A stretch of 46,739 nt of DNA, taken from Paraphysomonas bandaiensis. Taxonomy: Eukaryota > Protista > Chrysophyceae. The stretch lies in contig CBFFRP010000661.1 in NCBI GenBank assembly GCA_965644295.1, forward strand, positions 1 through 46,739. Reading direction: 5' to 3'. Both the position numbers and the translations under genes were made by a program. Position 1 is the stretch's first letter; every line of letters begins with the position of its first letter. The notes beneath the pieces were generated by a model, which ran no database searches, was not told the DNA's origin, and saw only the letters and a list, made by a program, of their open reading frames with translations. Positions 34,184 to 45,500 of this stretch are shown here, piece by piece.

Positions 34184-35960
34184 TGTAAACAACTCAGGTC
34201 TTGCAACCTAAGATCACTGAAAATATATGGAAATGGTTGTTTATCGAAACAACAAAACAGAATGCTTATTTAACTTATCACAGCCAGATATACAAGCTCC
34301 CAAGTATCTCGCAACCTTAAGCTCCCAAAAGGTAGATCAATTAACTTAGCTATGATTAGTTAGATAAAAAAGTGAGAAGACAGATTCCTAGTCTAAGACC
34401 CCCATAGTACACATGCCAAGCAAACAACCAGCACCGTTCAATAAATATGACCATACATGCAGTACACTGAATACAGTTCATGTCCCATGTCCATTGTACC
34501 CAAAATGCGAACTGAAATAAGCCTAGAAAACGTCCTCACAGAAAACCGCCAGTTTACTGGTCCCGAAAAAACCAAAATCCCCGATTTCGGGACCGAAAAC
34601 CCCAAAACCACCGGTTTTGGAATCTTACAGTAAAATCTCCGATTTCTGAGCTACAAAGACCCCAAAACAACCAATTCCCGAGTCTTGCAAGAAATCACCA
34701 ATTATAGAGTCCCAAAAAAACAGAAAACACTAGTTTTCGAGTCACTAAAAATTCGCCAGCTCATTTCATGATAAACTCAATCTCATTCCAAACGTTAAAT
34801 GCATTAACACATATCGATTTCGATTAACATTCCCAACGAAAGTTACACCTTCATATCTGTATCATATATCACCCATACCGTCCTCTCGCCATATGCCTAA
34901 GGCCCCTTTCCAATTTGTGCACCTTCCGGAGAAAATTGATGGAGTGTGATAACAGCAAATAGTCGTATAGCTGAGTCCAACGAGCTACTTAAATCGCTAT
35001 AACACCGACACCGACTACCATATGAATATAGGTGTATACCAGTGAGTAGAAATCCATTGCTCAAAACCGAAATTGTGTGCTCGAGGGCAAGTCCTAGTAC
35101 TCTTCTTCCTCACAGTTCTCTCATAATATAATAATAAACATTTACTACATCCGTTTCCTATATTAAACCAGCTACATGCCTTAAATGAATATCATAGTTG
35201 TATTGGAGTTATATTAGTCAGTGTCATTATCATAATATTATATCATTAAACATGAGACAAGGGTGTTATAAAAGCCCACGGCTTTACATTACCCTTTCTC
35301 CCCCCTCCGGATGCCGTAGCTACTCCTGAATAATTTTGGGATAAGCCGCAGCCAGCGACGCATCAACCAAAATCATGCGAGTAGGGTCAAAATCCTTCTG
35401 GGATCCCCAACAGTAAACCAAATAGTTGTCGAACGCATAGTTGGCACCGTTAAGGTTAAATTGAGCGCTAATCTTACGTCTAGAATTCTTACGATACCAA
35501 TGGGTATACGTAAATTCCATGACATACGAAGCTGTTGCAAAATCTGGTAAACCCAGACTCTCGTACCACAGGTCACCGTAGAACCTGAGATCAACATAAA
35601 CAACATCTCCAACCGATACTGTTGTGATGTTCTCCTTCCTCATTGAAGAGATAAAAAGCTTCGCCGTAAACGAGTCATACGCAAGATGCCGCAAGTAAGG
35701 CCTAGACTCGCAGAAATCATAATATGCTTCACACTGAATATCCGGTGTCCATGGGATGTCCAGGATATCGCCGTCTGCATACTTCACCTTGAAAACTATC
35801 GTAGATTTGGTGCGTGAATCACCCGTATATGAAAGAATCTCCTCCACCTTAAATTGCTCATGGTCCCGCATCGCCGCTTCCATAGCTGATTCCTTATCCC
35901 CGAAAAATGGCTCAAGATCAGAGACAGAATATTCCCGAATTCCCCCGGTAAGAAGATTAC
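34184..35960 (-). mobile_element. 3' part of chromodomain Gypsy element D: 3' LTR (34184-35288), PPT (35289-35308) and integrase C-terminus
   Basis: TGTAAAGCC...GTTTACA with PPT GGAGGGGGGAGAAAGGGTAA; ORF 35320-35960 is homologous to the element C chromodomain region; interrupted by family B at 35961. Confidence 0.9.
35320..35960 (-). CDS. Element D integrase C-terminus (chromodomain plus extra domain)
   Basis: EQFKVEEILSYTG...FKVKYADGDILDIPW; strongly similar to 20725-21285. Confidence 0.85.
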
Positions 35961-38900
35961 TGTGACCACGTGGCATTTCCCATGCCCTATCTACGTGGCT
36001 ATAGTATCACGCTATTGAGTCACATGCATGGTTACATTGACTTTTAGGACCCTATGTTGGTTTAAGACCCTATATCAGGACCCTATATATTGCTTTAGGA
36101 CCTTCATTGTGTTCAGGATACATATTATGCAACACCATTTGGACATTGCTAATGCACCACAGTGTACCTACATATTGAGCCAACGTTCGGGTATGATGTC
36201 CAATTTTTATCTGCTGCTGATGATGTACGACTATGATCTGCTGCTGGTGACTTCGGTCGATGTGAAACCTGCTGCAAATTTATATCAAAGTTATGTGGGC
36301 CCGTATTCCTGTGTAGCAGTGGCAGTATATACTTCCATATACATACATACATGTATTACCCGTACTACCCTATAGGGGGGCAAATACATGTGACCATCAC
36401 AGGAGAGAAGTCGCTATTATACACTTGAGGTGCACGAGTGTTCATGCAAGGCTTATTGGGGTTGGATTGCAATGTGGTATGCGTACTATACGTACTATAT
36501 GTACCGTATTTATGTATTTCCTGGATTATGGGGTTTTCAGTCTCTGGTAGGGTATAGATACGTAGTATACGGTGTACTCTCGGCATATGGTGGTGAGCCA
36601 TTCCCTATCAGGTTGCTGTGTATTTTTCAGTTTTGATTGAAGAGTTACACAACCTGTGGTGGTGTGATGACACCACGTGTGTTGCACCATGTTAGGAGTG
36701 TGTGTGTGTGCATATATGCTTCTATGGTGTTTATCACTTGTTTTAAGTTAGACCAAAGCTTGGTGCTAGTGATCTTGGGTGCCGGCGGTATACCATTGCG
36801 CGGTGGCTCTTTGCGGGAGTCACTAACTGAGTTTAGGTCTAAACTTGGAAAAAAGTGTTTTAATAATAATACCGTTATTACTGTGCTTGTTGGTTCAGTG
36901 TAGGTGTTGTTGTAGTTTTATTGTTTACGAGCCAACACCCTGGTTATCAAACCGGGTGTTGTTACAGTAAATATTTACTTTACTGCTCGTACAGAAATTT
37001 CTGTCTTTGCGCTGTTGTTTCACACTCTTATAAGAAACTAACTGCGACACGCTTCTTTGGGCTTGATTCTTTGGGCTTGTTGTCTGTTGCCTTCGGTTGC
37101 CTGTTGTTGTTGGTTGTCTGTTGTTCTCTGGGTGTGAGTTGTCAGTAGTTGTTCTCTAGGCTCTTTGTTCAGTGGTGATTGTTTGATTCACAGTGTGGTG
37201 ACTGAGGAAATTCGGTTCTTTTCGAAGTCAATCGACCGTGGATACCGCCTGTGTGTTAACTGTTGTCACTTGTACAAATCCGACGGGTTCAACGGGTTTG
37301 AGTGTTGAGTGTTGAGTTTTTGGATTCTTACGCAGGGTTGTCTTTGGGATTTGTCTTGTGGTGTCTTGGTGTGTTGTTGAGTTCTGGGTCAGTGGTTCTA
37401 GGAGTTGCCAGGGTTGCTTGTCTCAGTGTGTTAGGGAAAAGTTTGGTGGATATAGTCTTTGAGGCGGAAGTCCTTCTCATTAACCATGTCTACTCCGACT
37501 GGTAAAACGAGGAGAGGCGGCAAGAAAACTCCTGGGAAAGATCAGGAAGCCGCTGGTAGTGGTGAAACCAAACAAGATGCTGCTGGAGGTGTTCAGGATG
37601 TCGTTCAGGAGTCTTCTGCTCCAAACATCAATCCAAACCAGGAGATTTTGGACACAGTTCGTGCCATGTCTCAGTCTTTTACAGAGGTGGCTACTGCAGT
37701 ATCTAACCTCAGCAGCAGGATGCAAATATTGGAGGATAGAGTACAAAATGTTGAGGATGGTGAGAGCAGTCAGTCTCAGGCTTCTGTGGGCTCACATCAG
37801 CGGCAAAAGGTTACCAAGCGCACGTCGAAACACAAACGTCAGCCGAGGTATTCCACTCTGGAAAACATGGCTAAGTTTCGCATGATTCCTCAGGAAGATA
37901 ATAGCAACAAGGAGGACGATGGTTCGAATCCCGATGTTGATGGTGATGGTGCTAATGATGTGCCTACCCTCATGGATAACATCTTCAAGGGCAAGAAAGC
38001 GGGCAAGTTATTCAGGGATTTGAAGAAAAGTTCTGAGGTGGCTAGTGCCAAAACAGTTACCATAACTAGAGAGGAAAGGAGGTGTCATGTTCGCATCAAT
38101 GACTTTAAGTTGGGTAAAGTGGCGAAAGCGATCAAAGACATCTTAGAGTTTCAAGAGCAAGAAGAAACTGAGGTGCGAATTCAAAAGGTACTTTCAACCA
38201 GTTTGAAGGCACATCTGCGGAATGTGTACAGCATCACACATGCGCAGCTGGCACAAATGGATGTTTCGGATTTGCTTCTCATTGTGGCTCAGGAGACCAA
38301 GGTGTTCAATTGCGTGGCATTTTATAATGAACTCAGAGATTCCTTGAAACATATCCAGATTATGGACTGGAAGTATGTAAATGCTGTGACTTTTGAGGCA
38401 TTCTATCATCAGCAATTGAACTTGATGCAGTCGTTCCAAACAATGTTGTCTATCATGTTGGTCTCAAACAAAACATGGTGTCCTCGTATCGATGACAAAG
38501 AGTACGGATTGATAAGACTCTTTAAGACTTTGAATGACGGGACCTATGTTAAGTATGTGTTGGGGTGCATGTCGACTAATAAATTTGACTCTATGAGCGA
38601 ATTTTTCAAAGAGTATTCGGCTGTACTCTTGGATCATTATCAAGTAACCATCGCGTACCGACAGTTACCTATGGAGTCGACCACGATGTTTCAACAGAAG
38701 CACGAGGACTATCTTAAGAGGAGAAAGGAACTATTTTCTCAACAGTCCAACAAGCCTTCGTTGAACAGTCGTGTTGATTCTAAACTAAGGGTTTCCCAAG
38801 TGTCACATCTAGATACTTACGATGAGTCTGGAGGAAACTATGACGATGAATGGGTTGATAATGATGGGTATGTACCCAATGATGATGATTTGTGGGATGC

Positions 38901-39421
38901 TCCGAGTGAGACTTGGCGGTCCAGCAATCTGGAGGTACATGACGATAAACAAGTCGCTATAATGACAGATGTGAAACCAATGTCGGGTAACGGCGCAGCA
39001 GTTGATGAGGAGCGTCGTGTTAACTCTGATAGGTCTCTGTCAGCCATGCATAGTAGACCAACTGGTGCTCAGAATAGTAAGACCGATAAGTATGGGTGTC
39101 TTAGGAAAATCATGTATGGCAAGTGCGACAAAACAGACTGTCCATATAATCATAATGCGAAATGTCTGTTGGATTCTGCGTCCGAAATGCGGGACAAGAT
39201 CGATGCGTATCTTAAGTCTGCGGGAAGCTCGGAGCAGAGGGACAAACAACCGACCATCTTGAGGAGGGATCACTTCGGTGATTCCCGCCCTTGATGGTTC
39301 GGTGGATGTAACGATACAGACAAGGAGGATTCCAATTCTAAAACTCGTGATGAGAATGATGAATGTTCAGTGCATTCTAATATAAATAGATCTGATTATT
39401 ACATGAGAGAACTTGTTGCAT
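35961..39421 (+). mobile_element. 5' part of Gypsy family B element: LTR (35961-36966), leader, gag and start of pol; interrupted by the LINE
   Basis: TGTGACCACG...GTTGTTACA LTR, long gag ORF, and in-frame continuation after TGA until the LINE 3' end. Confidence 0.92.
37486..39294 (+). CDS. gag: Gag of family B with C-terminal CCCH finger
   Basis: ATG at 37486 downstream of the LTR; coiled-coil N-terminus; CLRKIMYGKCDKTDCPYNH; homologous to the Gag of C and E. Confidence 0.85.
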   Translation: MSTPTGKTRRGGKKTPGKDQEAAGSGETKQDAAGGVQDVVQESSAPNINPNQEILDTVRAMSQSFTEVATAVSNLSSRMQILEDRVQNVEDGESSQSQASVGSHQRQKVTKRTSKHKRQPRYSTLENMAKFRMIPQEDNSNKEDDGSNPDVDGDGANDVPTLMDNIFKGKKAGKLFRDLKKSSEVASAKTVTITREERRCHVRINDFKLGKVAKAIKDILEFQEQEETEVRIQKVLSTSLKAHLRNVYSITHAQLAQMDVSDLLLIVAQETKVFNCVAFYNELRDSLKHIQIMDWKYVNAVTFEAFYHQQLNLMQSFQTMLSIMLVSNKTWCPRIDDKEYGLIRLFKTLNDGTYVKYVLGCMSTNKFDSMSEFFKEYSAVLLDHYQVTIAYRQLPMESTTMFQQKHEDYLKRRKELFSQQSNKPSLNSRVDSKLRVSQVSHLDTYDESGGNYDDEWVDNDGYVPNDDDLWDAPSETWRSSNLEVHDDKQVAIMTDVKPMSGNGAAVDEERRVNSDRSLSAMHSRPTGAQNSKTDKYGCLRKIMYGKCDKTDCPYNHNAKCLLDSASEMRDKIDAYLKSAGSSEQRDKQPTILRRDHFGDSRP

Positions 39422-39536
39422 TTATCTAGCTATTACTTTAGACTAATTGTAACACAAAATATGAAATGCTCAGTTATCTCGGGACTGCTTGTGCATTGCT
39501 GCAAGCACCTTGGTGCAACCATCCCTTGTTTTAAGT

Positions 39537-42500
39537 TTAGTCTGGTGGTCGTCCTTTGGGTAGTGTATCTGGTGGTCCATATCCGCATGCGAGTCGGGGT
39601 GTGGGGGGTGACGTGCCATTCTGTGGATGTGTGTTAGCGGAGGGTTTGGGAGTACTAGTTGTGGTTGCGGTTCTGTCAGAGATGAGTGTTGTCTGCCTCC
39701 GGATCGGGTTGGCAGGCTTGCGTTGGGGGCGGGGTCTCGTGTGGGGCACGGCTCTGGGGGTGGATGTTGCTTTAAGTAGCTGGAGGATCGTCGGGTTGGT
39801 GGTAGGGTTTGTGTGACATTGTTGTGAGCTGGCATGAGTCGAGGTTGGTGTCATTGCTGTCGCATCGTTACTGTGAAATCGACATCCTCTGTTTTTGAGC
39901 ATGTTTATTCCTCCATTGTAGAGGGGGAGCAGGACTTTGGTGACGGATTTCTCGAGTTTATGGAACTGGTGGTCGTGTAACGTGGTGGAGATGTTGTGTC
40001 CGAAAGCATTTGCCAGTTGCGAGGCTGTTAGTTGTCCGGTCCAGTATCTCTCAACCTGGGGTGTGGTGGGATCCCAGGCAGCCCTCGCCAGTCTCTGTAG
40101 GGCGGTTTGGAACCAGGGGATGGGTTGTCGTTGCCCGTGGAGTTTTGTAAGCTGGGTTTGCTGTGTGTGGAAGGCATGTTCACGTAGTTGGGCGATCTCA
40201 GGGTGTGGACAGTGGAGGAGCATATGCGCCATGTTGTCCAGGTTGTGGTCACAGTCTGTGCATTTGGCTGCTGTTGTGAGTTCGTCTCCATGTTTGCCCT
40301 TGGCCCTATTTCTGCCCATCGCGTATGATTTGTCCCAGACATATGCAGTTTCGCGGATGCGGTCGTGGAATGGGACATAGCAGTTGGGCGAATTATTGGG
40401 CTTGAGGGGATGGAGTTTGTGTGGGAGCCTGGTGCCGCTGCGTGTCCAGTACTGCGAGTCTCGGCTTGCGCTTGCGGGGTACGTGCCGTCACGCGTGAGG
40501 ATGTATTGGTGGAGGTCCCATTGGTGTTGGAGTTCGGTGACATCCCCTAGCATGGGACCACAGTCGGTGTGGAGGAATTTGTCGTATCTTCTCCATTGCC
40601 ATTGGCCGGCAGTGAGGAATTCGTCGATGAGGTGTGTGATCTCAGTCGTGACCACGCTGTAGTTTGTGCCGCCTAATATTTTGTCAATCGCCGACCACTC
40701 TCCACTGGCGGCAGCGTCAGCTATGTAAATGCCATAGTCGTTGTAGGTCCAGTTGTTCCGATCTTGTGTTCGGCGTTCTGGATGGGAGCGGACCCATCGT
40801 ATTGGTCGCTGCCGGTGATTTCCTGTGGCGAGGCATTCGTAAAAGATGCCCTGGGGCTTTGTGCCGAGGGCCCGCCGCCGACGAGAGAGAGCTTCCGTGG
40901 TTCGTGTTTGGACTGCTTGGCAGTCGGTGCACATAGGTACGGTGGGGGATATGAGTTTCGAGAACGTGAGGGCTGCTGACATTGCCAGGGTCTCGTAGGT
41001 GTATGGGGTTATCCCGGGTAAGGTATGCTCGGGGGCTGTAAGTCGAAGGATTTTGGTTATTCCTGTGCTCCAGTTGGTTTTGGGTGGGAGCCAGACAATT
41101 GCTGCCCCCCCATAGTGTGTTGCGTGCTGTACGTGAGCGTCGCCGAGGAGATGAGCAGGAGAGAGGTTTGTGCGAGTGAAGGAACCATCAGTGAAGATGG
41201 CTTGAAAGTCGTGTGGATGATTGTTGTGTAGTTGGAGTTGGGTTTGGACCTTGTCGATGGTTTCTCGGAATTGGGGCGTGGCCGGGGATGGGGGCTGCAG
41301 TCGAATTCCGAGCTGGTGTCCCCATTGGACCAGGCTAGTGATGTACAGGTCGATGTCTGGGCGATTGTGATCGTGACGTTTTAAGATGGATATGGCGGCT
41401 CGCTTGGGTTCCCCCCCCAGGGTGATGGCCCTTTGGAGTGTGTGCCACTTTTGGGTCTGGGCCCATGTGGAGAACTTACGCAGGCCAAGTCCTTTGTATT
41501 TCGTGGGCAGATAGATGAGGGCTGTGGGGTATCCTGGGGGTAGTCGGAGGACCTTCCTGGCTGCTCGTGCAAGGAGTTTGTCTATGTCCAGGTATCTGTC
41601 GTACGTCCAGGAGGCTTTGGTGGCCTTGTAGAGTAGTGTCGGGAGTACTTGTGTGTTAAGCACTAACAGTTTACAGTCTGGGGATGCACATTTGTAGCGT
41701 AGGTGTGTTGCGGAGGTGGTGACGTAGTCGACACACCAGGCATGCGAGTCGGTGTCCTTCGAGGAGAACGGGAGTAGAACTCCGAGGTATTTGGTGGGGA
41801 CTGTGGTGGCTCTAATGGGGATGGTGTGCGGGTTCCAGTTCCAGTCTCTAATGGTTATGGTGGGCTCTGTGTCTAGCATGGCCTCAACTTCAAAGGGGGA
41901 GCCTATTGCAATGCATTCCGTTTTGGCTATGGCGAGCTGCATTCCCGTGAATGCACAGAAGGATGAGAGTCTGTCCGCCTTCATCTGCGCGGTGGCAATG
42001 GAGTTGGTTATTTGGGAGAGGTCGTCCGCGTACGCTTTGTCCTGACTGTCGTCCTTAAGGTCAGACCAGCAGAGAATCATGTCGAAGATGACGATCCATG
42101 CGACTGTGGACTCTGTTCCGCCTTGTGTAACGCCTCTGTTGGCGGAGAAGCCCATGTCGGGGTGTTGGAGGAAGGAACCGTCGGATTGACTTAATTCCTC
42201 TAGGGTTTTGGGATCGATGTGGTCAGCCATGTGCGGTGTCCAGATGTAGGTGCGCCCCTCGCTGTCGAGTTCGCTGAGCCATCTGATCGTGTCTTCTGGA
42301 ACCCCAAGTCTCGCCCACGCGAGTTTGAGGAGGTTAGGTGCAATGGAGTCGAAAGCTTTTTGAAAGTCCCAAAAGGTGCATAGTTTCGCGTTTCCTGTGA
42401 GCTTTGCCAGTTCGGTGGCCGCTAGTACACGAAGGATGGCAGTGTCTGTTCCATGTCTCCACCTGTAACCGTGTTGCGCCGGGTGTAGGACATCATCGTC

Positions 42501-45500
42501 TTCCCAGATTTGGAGGAGTCGGTGGGTAATAATGCGTGTCATCAGTTTACGGAGAACCTCGAGCAAACCGATCGGTCTTAAGTTTTTGAGGGAGGTGTTT
42601 CCCGGTTTCTTGAGTAAAGGGGTCATGACTCTGTCTTTCCACCAGTGTGGGATGTGGCGGTGAGTCCAGAGCGTTTGTAGGAGACCGAGTACTTCTATTT
42701 TGACTTGTGGGGTCCAACTTTTTATCATGTTTGTGGTGACCATGGACGGTCCGGGTGCTTTGTCCTTGGCCATATTATCAAGTGTGGAGTGGAACTCATG
42801 GATCGAAATTTGTTGCCGGAGGGCTTCCTGTATCTTTGCTGAGGTGGATGAGCCGACCTTTGTTTTGCATAGTTTGCGTAGTCCGGAATGATGTTGTATC
42901 GGGATAGCGGAGTTTGGGTGGAGCGGATTGTGTAGGTTCTCACCGGCGGTTAGTTCGCGCCACCAGTTGTCGTCGTAGTGTAGTCTGTGGGCGGTGGGGT
43001 CCATGCCTTTGGGGAATGCGTGGTGTGCCGTGAAGTGCTTGTTCAGGGCTTCCTGTATCTCCGATGGAATGGTGATCGTGGCCCCGTCCTCCAGGGTGAG
43101 GCGGGTGAGCGCTGGTGTCTGCTTCCGCTTTAGTCCGATGGATTGGAGGATCTTGCGTATCTGTTGTGTTTCGAGTTGGGCTTGGAGGGCGTGTGTTCTG
43201 GTGGTCATCCTTTTCCTCATTTCAGCTCGGGCTCTCCCGTGGAGCATTCGCATGAGACTGTCACGGAGGTTGTCGAAGGCTTTGCCCGTGACGTTAGTTG
43301 TGGTCCATGTTAGCATTTGCCTTGGGTCTATCGCGGCCCGGATGATGGCTGTGGGCGGTCGATCGTGGTCCTCTGATGAGCGGTCAAGTGCAGCAGTGGT
43401 GCGCTCCCATCTGCAGATTCCTCTCCGGACGATGCTGTATAAGTATGCGTCGGTGACACGGGGGTGTAGGTGGCCGGATCTGGTGAAGAGCTTGCGTTTG
43501 AGATATACAATCAGGTGGAGTGCCATTTGCAGGACTCTCATTTCGGCGGAGAAGCCATCCTTGAACCGGGATCGTTTTCGCTGGCATTTTGCGTGGATGC
43601 CGTTTTTCTTGGTTCTGTCCGCGTGGCGGGTGTCGTGGGCCGCTTCTAAGGTGATACGATGGAGGAGCGCCAGTTTTATGGCTGCGTTTTCAGCGGGGTG
43701 GGGGTGCGTGGGGAGCGTGGACAATTTGTGGTGATGTTTGTGTAGGTGGGTCTGGAATTCTTCTACCATGTCGTGGTCGGCAGGGTTGATGTTGAGCCGT
43801 GGAGGAATCTGACGGTGCCGTTCCTTGGGAAGGGTTGGTCCTGTACCGCTAATGTCAACCTGGATCCAGACCGGTCTGTGATCAAATGGTGCAGCAGCGA
43901 TGGCATCAGATGTGTGGCATCCATTGCGAGTGTTATGAAAGTGTGTAGGAAGGGGAGAATGTAGTATATGGTCTATTCTGGAGATGCCGCGGTCTTTCCA
44001 GTAAAAGGTGTGGTATGGTGCCTCCTGGTCAAGGGTTTGTATGAGAGGGGCTGTTAGCTGCAGGGATCTTGCTAAACCTCTGAGGTCCCTCTTACCCGTT
44101 TGTCCCTCTAGGGTGGCGTTGAAATCTCCGCCAACTAGTACTGTGTGGTTGTTTGCCCTGGCTTTGGTGATCCATTTGGACAGGATGTTCGTGAGGATGT
44201 CATAGGGTCCCGTGGCGCCGTTCCTGTGAGCATTCTTGCCGAAGGCTTTTAGTGATGCCCATAGTGTGCAGGGTCCATCGGTCGCAGGCTTGGGGGGGAG
44301 GTACACTCCTATGGTAGTGAATCTTTCTTCTCTGTTAGGTCTGCCGGTGTGAAATTCGATTCGGGAGATGAGCCCTAATCCAGTGCAGTCGGAGCCTGTG
44401 TGGCGGACTCTTCCTTTCCACGCTTCGCTGATCACTGCAATAGTTCCTCCCATGTGCGGATCGTTGGGGCCCTGTTTCCGCGTTGAGTTGAGAAAGTTGC
44501 AGACAAGAGCCCCTGGAATCTGGTCCTGGATGTAGTCAGCAAGGTATAGTGCCTGGTTTTGTGACAGGCGGACGTCGAGCAGGTAAAGACAGTCTATTTG
44601 GTGTGTGCGTATGTAGTGTAGGATAGCTTCGATTTTTCCAGGGTTGTTGGAGGGGTTACCGTTTACGTTCCATGTGGAGAATATGAAGGTCGTAGTACAT
44701 GACACCAGGCTGTGGTTCGGCTCTGGGGGTTTGGGTGTCGCCTGTGCATGTGATTGCTTACTGGCGATGAGGTCTTGCCACTCCTGCGTGCAGAATTCAA
44801 CGTCGTCAGCGTATGCCTCTCTCGCTTGTAGTAGGATCTCAAGCGGCCACTTGGGGTGTTGCCAGTATCTGTACCCGTAGTGTACAAGTAGTTCCTCGTG
44901 AGTCGCAATGTTCCGTGTGGTTCTGATGTAGATTTTGTCTTTTTTCGTGTGGAATTCTACATTAGCAGCCCTGGCCTGTAACGGATCATTGATGTACCCC
45001 GCTGCGCATAGTATACTTTTGCTTCGTTTGTCCCTTGCGTCTATCGCAAATGTACCTTTCGCGTCTTGCACGAGGTAGTCGGAAGTGTAACCGGTGGACC
45101 TGGCTTCTGTTATGGGTAGGCGGTGTCCAGTGTACTCAGAAATAATGGTATGGGCAGGGATTGGTTCCCCCGCATATAGGGCGTTCCCCTTGGTAACTGT
45201 GTCTGCCGTGCCCACTAGTACCTTGTATCGTAACGTTGTGTCCCAGGTGAGCGGGAGGGGTGGGTGGGCCGTTTGGAGTAGTGTGTTGAAAGTAGCCCGT
45301 GGGCGGTATATGGCGTGTGTTTGGACTTCGTCGGGGTCTTCTGCGTAGGAGCTTGTGGTGCGGGCTGTACGGGCAGGCTGTTTTCGCGTGGGGACGGGCG
45401 TTGGGTTCCGTGCTTTCTTTCCTTTGGCTCTCCTTGCTCCGGGGACATCTCGGAGGTGAGGAATGCGTGGCGGCGCGTCAGGTGGGGAACTGCCCGCTGT

